NCBI RefSeq assembly: GCF_009914755.1
Contig: NC_060942.1
Reading direction: 5' to 3' (one strand)
Source: the human T2T-CHM13v2.0 reference genome, Homo sapiens
DNA length: 64,000 nt
Shown here piece by piece: positions 1 to 64,000 of this stretch. The position numbers and the translations under genes were made by a program. Position 1 is the stretch's first letter. Every line of letters starts with the position of its first letter. The notes below the pieces were generated by a model, which made no database searches, was not told the origin of the DNA, and saw only the letters and a list, made by a program, of their open reading frames with translations.

Positions 1-102
1 TAATATTGAGTGATGTGAAAATGCAAAATCAGAGGCTTTGACTTGGTTCTCTTACCACTGCATATGCTCAGAAGAAATTCTGATATTTCTAAAAACATAC
101 TT

Positions 103-398
<296 letters not shown>

Positions 399-1098
399 TT
401 AAAAAAAATCTATGTGGTAAGTAGATTACTGCTTAATGGTGAAATTCTACTAATTTGCAGAATGAGTTTTAAACACTAGTGTAGTATAGTATAAAAAATA
501 AGGCTTAGAATTCACCAGTAATTCACAAGTTCTGAGGTGAAATTTGGCCAAAAATTAAAGAATTACTCTGAGTCCACCTGTGGGCAAATATATGATTCAG
601 TGGTATATCTAGATGTACAAAAGTTCTAATTGGATTAATAGAAAAACAGTTTAAGCTGCAGTTTTGTACAACTTGAAACATGAAAAGATAATGCTTTGGA
701 CTTGAACTTATTGACATACGTGTATTGTCCAGTATAGATCTGAAGGAACATTTCAGGAGAAAAATATGCATAAAGAATAGGAAACCAGTGGGACAATTTG
801 TTTGAGTAGTGTTTTAAAAAGTAGAAATTATTTTTATAAATAGAACTCTTTGGGTCCGTTTGTGGTAGCCATGCTTATAGCAACATAAGTATCAAATAAT
901 AATGATGTGTAGTCCAAGGTCACAACTGTGGAAAGACACAGGAAGTGTCTGACCTCTTACATCCAAGCCCCTGCTGCACAGTGGTAACAGAAATGAGATG
1001 TCAATAGACAAGTAGATTTTATCTAATTTGTCCATAGACCAAAAAAAAGACTTTTTCTAATATTTGTCTGCTTTCATTTAAACATAACATAAACATAA

Positions 1099-1453
<355 letters not shown>

Positions 1454-1550
1454 GACTTATTCTTAACATTCTCTTTATGCCATGCATCATTTTTAACACT
1501 AAATAATTCTATAATCATGAATATTTTCCATGTTTAATGCAGTATGTATT

Positions 1551-2090
1551 TGCGGCAGCACTCCTCTCCAGGAGGCACCAGCTGCAGGGAGTCTGTCCCT
1601 TGCAGACCCCTGACCCAGGGAAAGATGAATAAAGTACATTGACACACAGATATTCTGCTCTGCCAGTCCAGCTGAGAGTGTCCGTGTGGCTTACAGACTC
1701 CCTGCTGAGTTCTGTGAACAGTTGCCACTATGGCCCTGATCAGCTAGTCAGACTCGCATTTATTCAGTAAGATAATAATTAACAAAAGCTTGAGTCAACA
1801 CCATTAGAGGTTAATTGACATTGTGGACTTCCCAAGTAAAAAGCACTTAAGCACCTGTGGTACATCAAAGGTTAGTCTTAAGATTATATGAGTAAACTAG
1901 CTAGCTAGGTAAACTACTCTGCCTTCCTTTATGACTATTTTAATTTGTTTAACGAAAGGTAAAGATCAGGTTGCCTTCAACCATATCCATTACCAAAGTT
2001 ATGCAAACTTCTCGGCCTTCGAAGAAGTTTTGTGTCTATCTCTATAACTATCTCTAATATTTTTCCCACCAGCCTGATTGAACTCCAACA
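1551..2090 (-). mobile_element. Solo LTR, LTR22 family (HERV-K22/HML-5)
   Basis: Minus strand begins TGTTGGAGTTCAATCAGGCTGGTGGGAAAAATATTAG and ends ...CA; degenerate 6-bp TSD tgtatt/tgcgtt; empty site visible in the paralogous intron (~23275-23290). Confidence 0.8.
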
Positions 2091-2468
2091 TGCGTTATGG
2101 CAGGTAGCAAGTGTATTGTATTTTGTTTGATGTGCTTTCTTGATTTTTTGGTGCAGAAGATAAAGTAAGATATTTTTAAGTGCGTTACTTTTTGAAATAT
2201 GCAGATGAGTGAAAATTTGTGTCAATATTATTTATTTTTCATGCTCAGTAACCGAGTCAATAGCTGCATGAAGACAACAGATAAGTTTTGACCTAGATAG
2301 CATATGTGAGGGTTTCCATCAAAATGTCGTGATTTTCAATATGTGCCTATCCTCAAATCAAATTGCCTTTGAAGTCAGAAATTGAGTTTAAAAAATATTT
2401 TAATTAGGAATTTTGATGCTTCTTATGATTTTAAAATTGAAATTATCTATTGATACTACTTTTAACAG

Positions 2469-62684
<60,216 letters not shown>

Positions 62685-63136
62685 GTAAATTTTACAGTTC
62701 AACTATATTAAAATGAATATTTCAATAGTTGACATATTAATAGTCTCATCTCCCCAATGTTTATTTTTCAAATATTATGGAAATATTTGAGTTAATAATG
62801 TCAATAGTGGTATCCACATTTGAAAAACTGATTACTTACAAGAACACGAATTTTAATTAGTTTTTTTAAAAAGTAGCTTTAATTTCAGGTGTTTCCACTT
62901 TCACGTCCTCATACTGTAATGTTTTGTACTGGGAATGTCTGTATGACTTAAAGATTCAAGAAGGTGTATTTTTAAACTCTAATATTTTTTTCTGTTCAAA
63001 AATTGATTCAAATTCTACCCTTTACTGCAGGGAAAGCTTCAATTTTGACATGCCAATTGTGTTTTAACATTGGTTACCTCATGGGACTGTAGTCATTTGA
63101 AGCATCCTAAGGAAATCTGTTGTTCTGATTAGCTTA

Positions 63137-63430
<294 letters not shown>

Positions 63431-64000
63431 TTATGATCATTTTGGTAAAACTGTGATTCTGAAGCATTTGGCTTTGTGTCTTTTCATTGTTTAGAGGTAA
63501 ACAATTGTCTAAACTGGTTTTTTATATTATTCCTATGCATGCTTAAAAATTATACAACATATGTGCACGGTCATAGATAATATGTAGAATTTGTTTTCAA
63601 CTGCTAATATGTAAATAATTGTACATTGTGTAATTTTCTGTAACATTCTTTGTTTGATCAGCATTATATTGTTAGATCCATCCATAATGTGTAGAATTAA
63701 CTTTGGTTTTGTTTATATTAGGTTCTTTATAGAATTCCATTATATAACTGCACCACAACTAATTAAAATTTGTTTATGCAAAAAACAAATATATGAAAAT
63801 AAAAACAAATGAGATATCAGTCTTCATTTAAGTTGGTTTTTACCTACTGATTTTTGATATATTAGAAACTGAAACTAAAATATTTCAAGTATCACTATGT
63901 ACAATCTTCTACTTTAATAAAAGTGAAAACTGTGACCTATGGACCATTAAAGCTATGCTGTTGTAACACATTATTTCCCTGAAACAGTGCAGTATAGACT

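Overview
Human (primate) genomic DNA, AT-rich and mostly intronic. The window is the internal repeat region of a + strand ANKRD30/NY-BR-1 family gene. The translated peptide matches my recollection of ANKRD30B (NY-BR-1.1); I did not check this against a database. I read 28 small GT-AG exons (1699 nt, one open frame, no stops). They belong to four recurring classes, which I call D (62 nt), E (88-91 nt), F (29 nt) and G (73 nt), plus three non-repeat exons H/I/J. The region was built by nested tandem duplication: ancient D-E-F-G modules, a recent ~10.9-12.3 kb duplication with a sharp chimeric junction near 24500, and a 1440-bp array. In that array a 568-bp two-exon cassette alternates with an antisense HERV-K-type solo LTR (probably MER11D) that has no normal target-site duplication. 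The introns carry many Alus (one AluYb8), two ~3 kb antisense L1PA insertions, HML-5/LTR22 remnants and old DNA transposons. Almost all ORFs in the supplied track are Alu-derived, L1-derived or chance. Repeat family names come from recalled consensus sequences and need RepeatMasker/Dfam confirmation.
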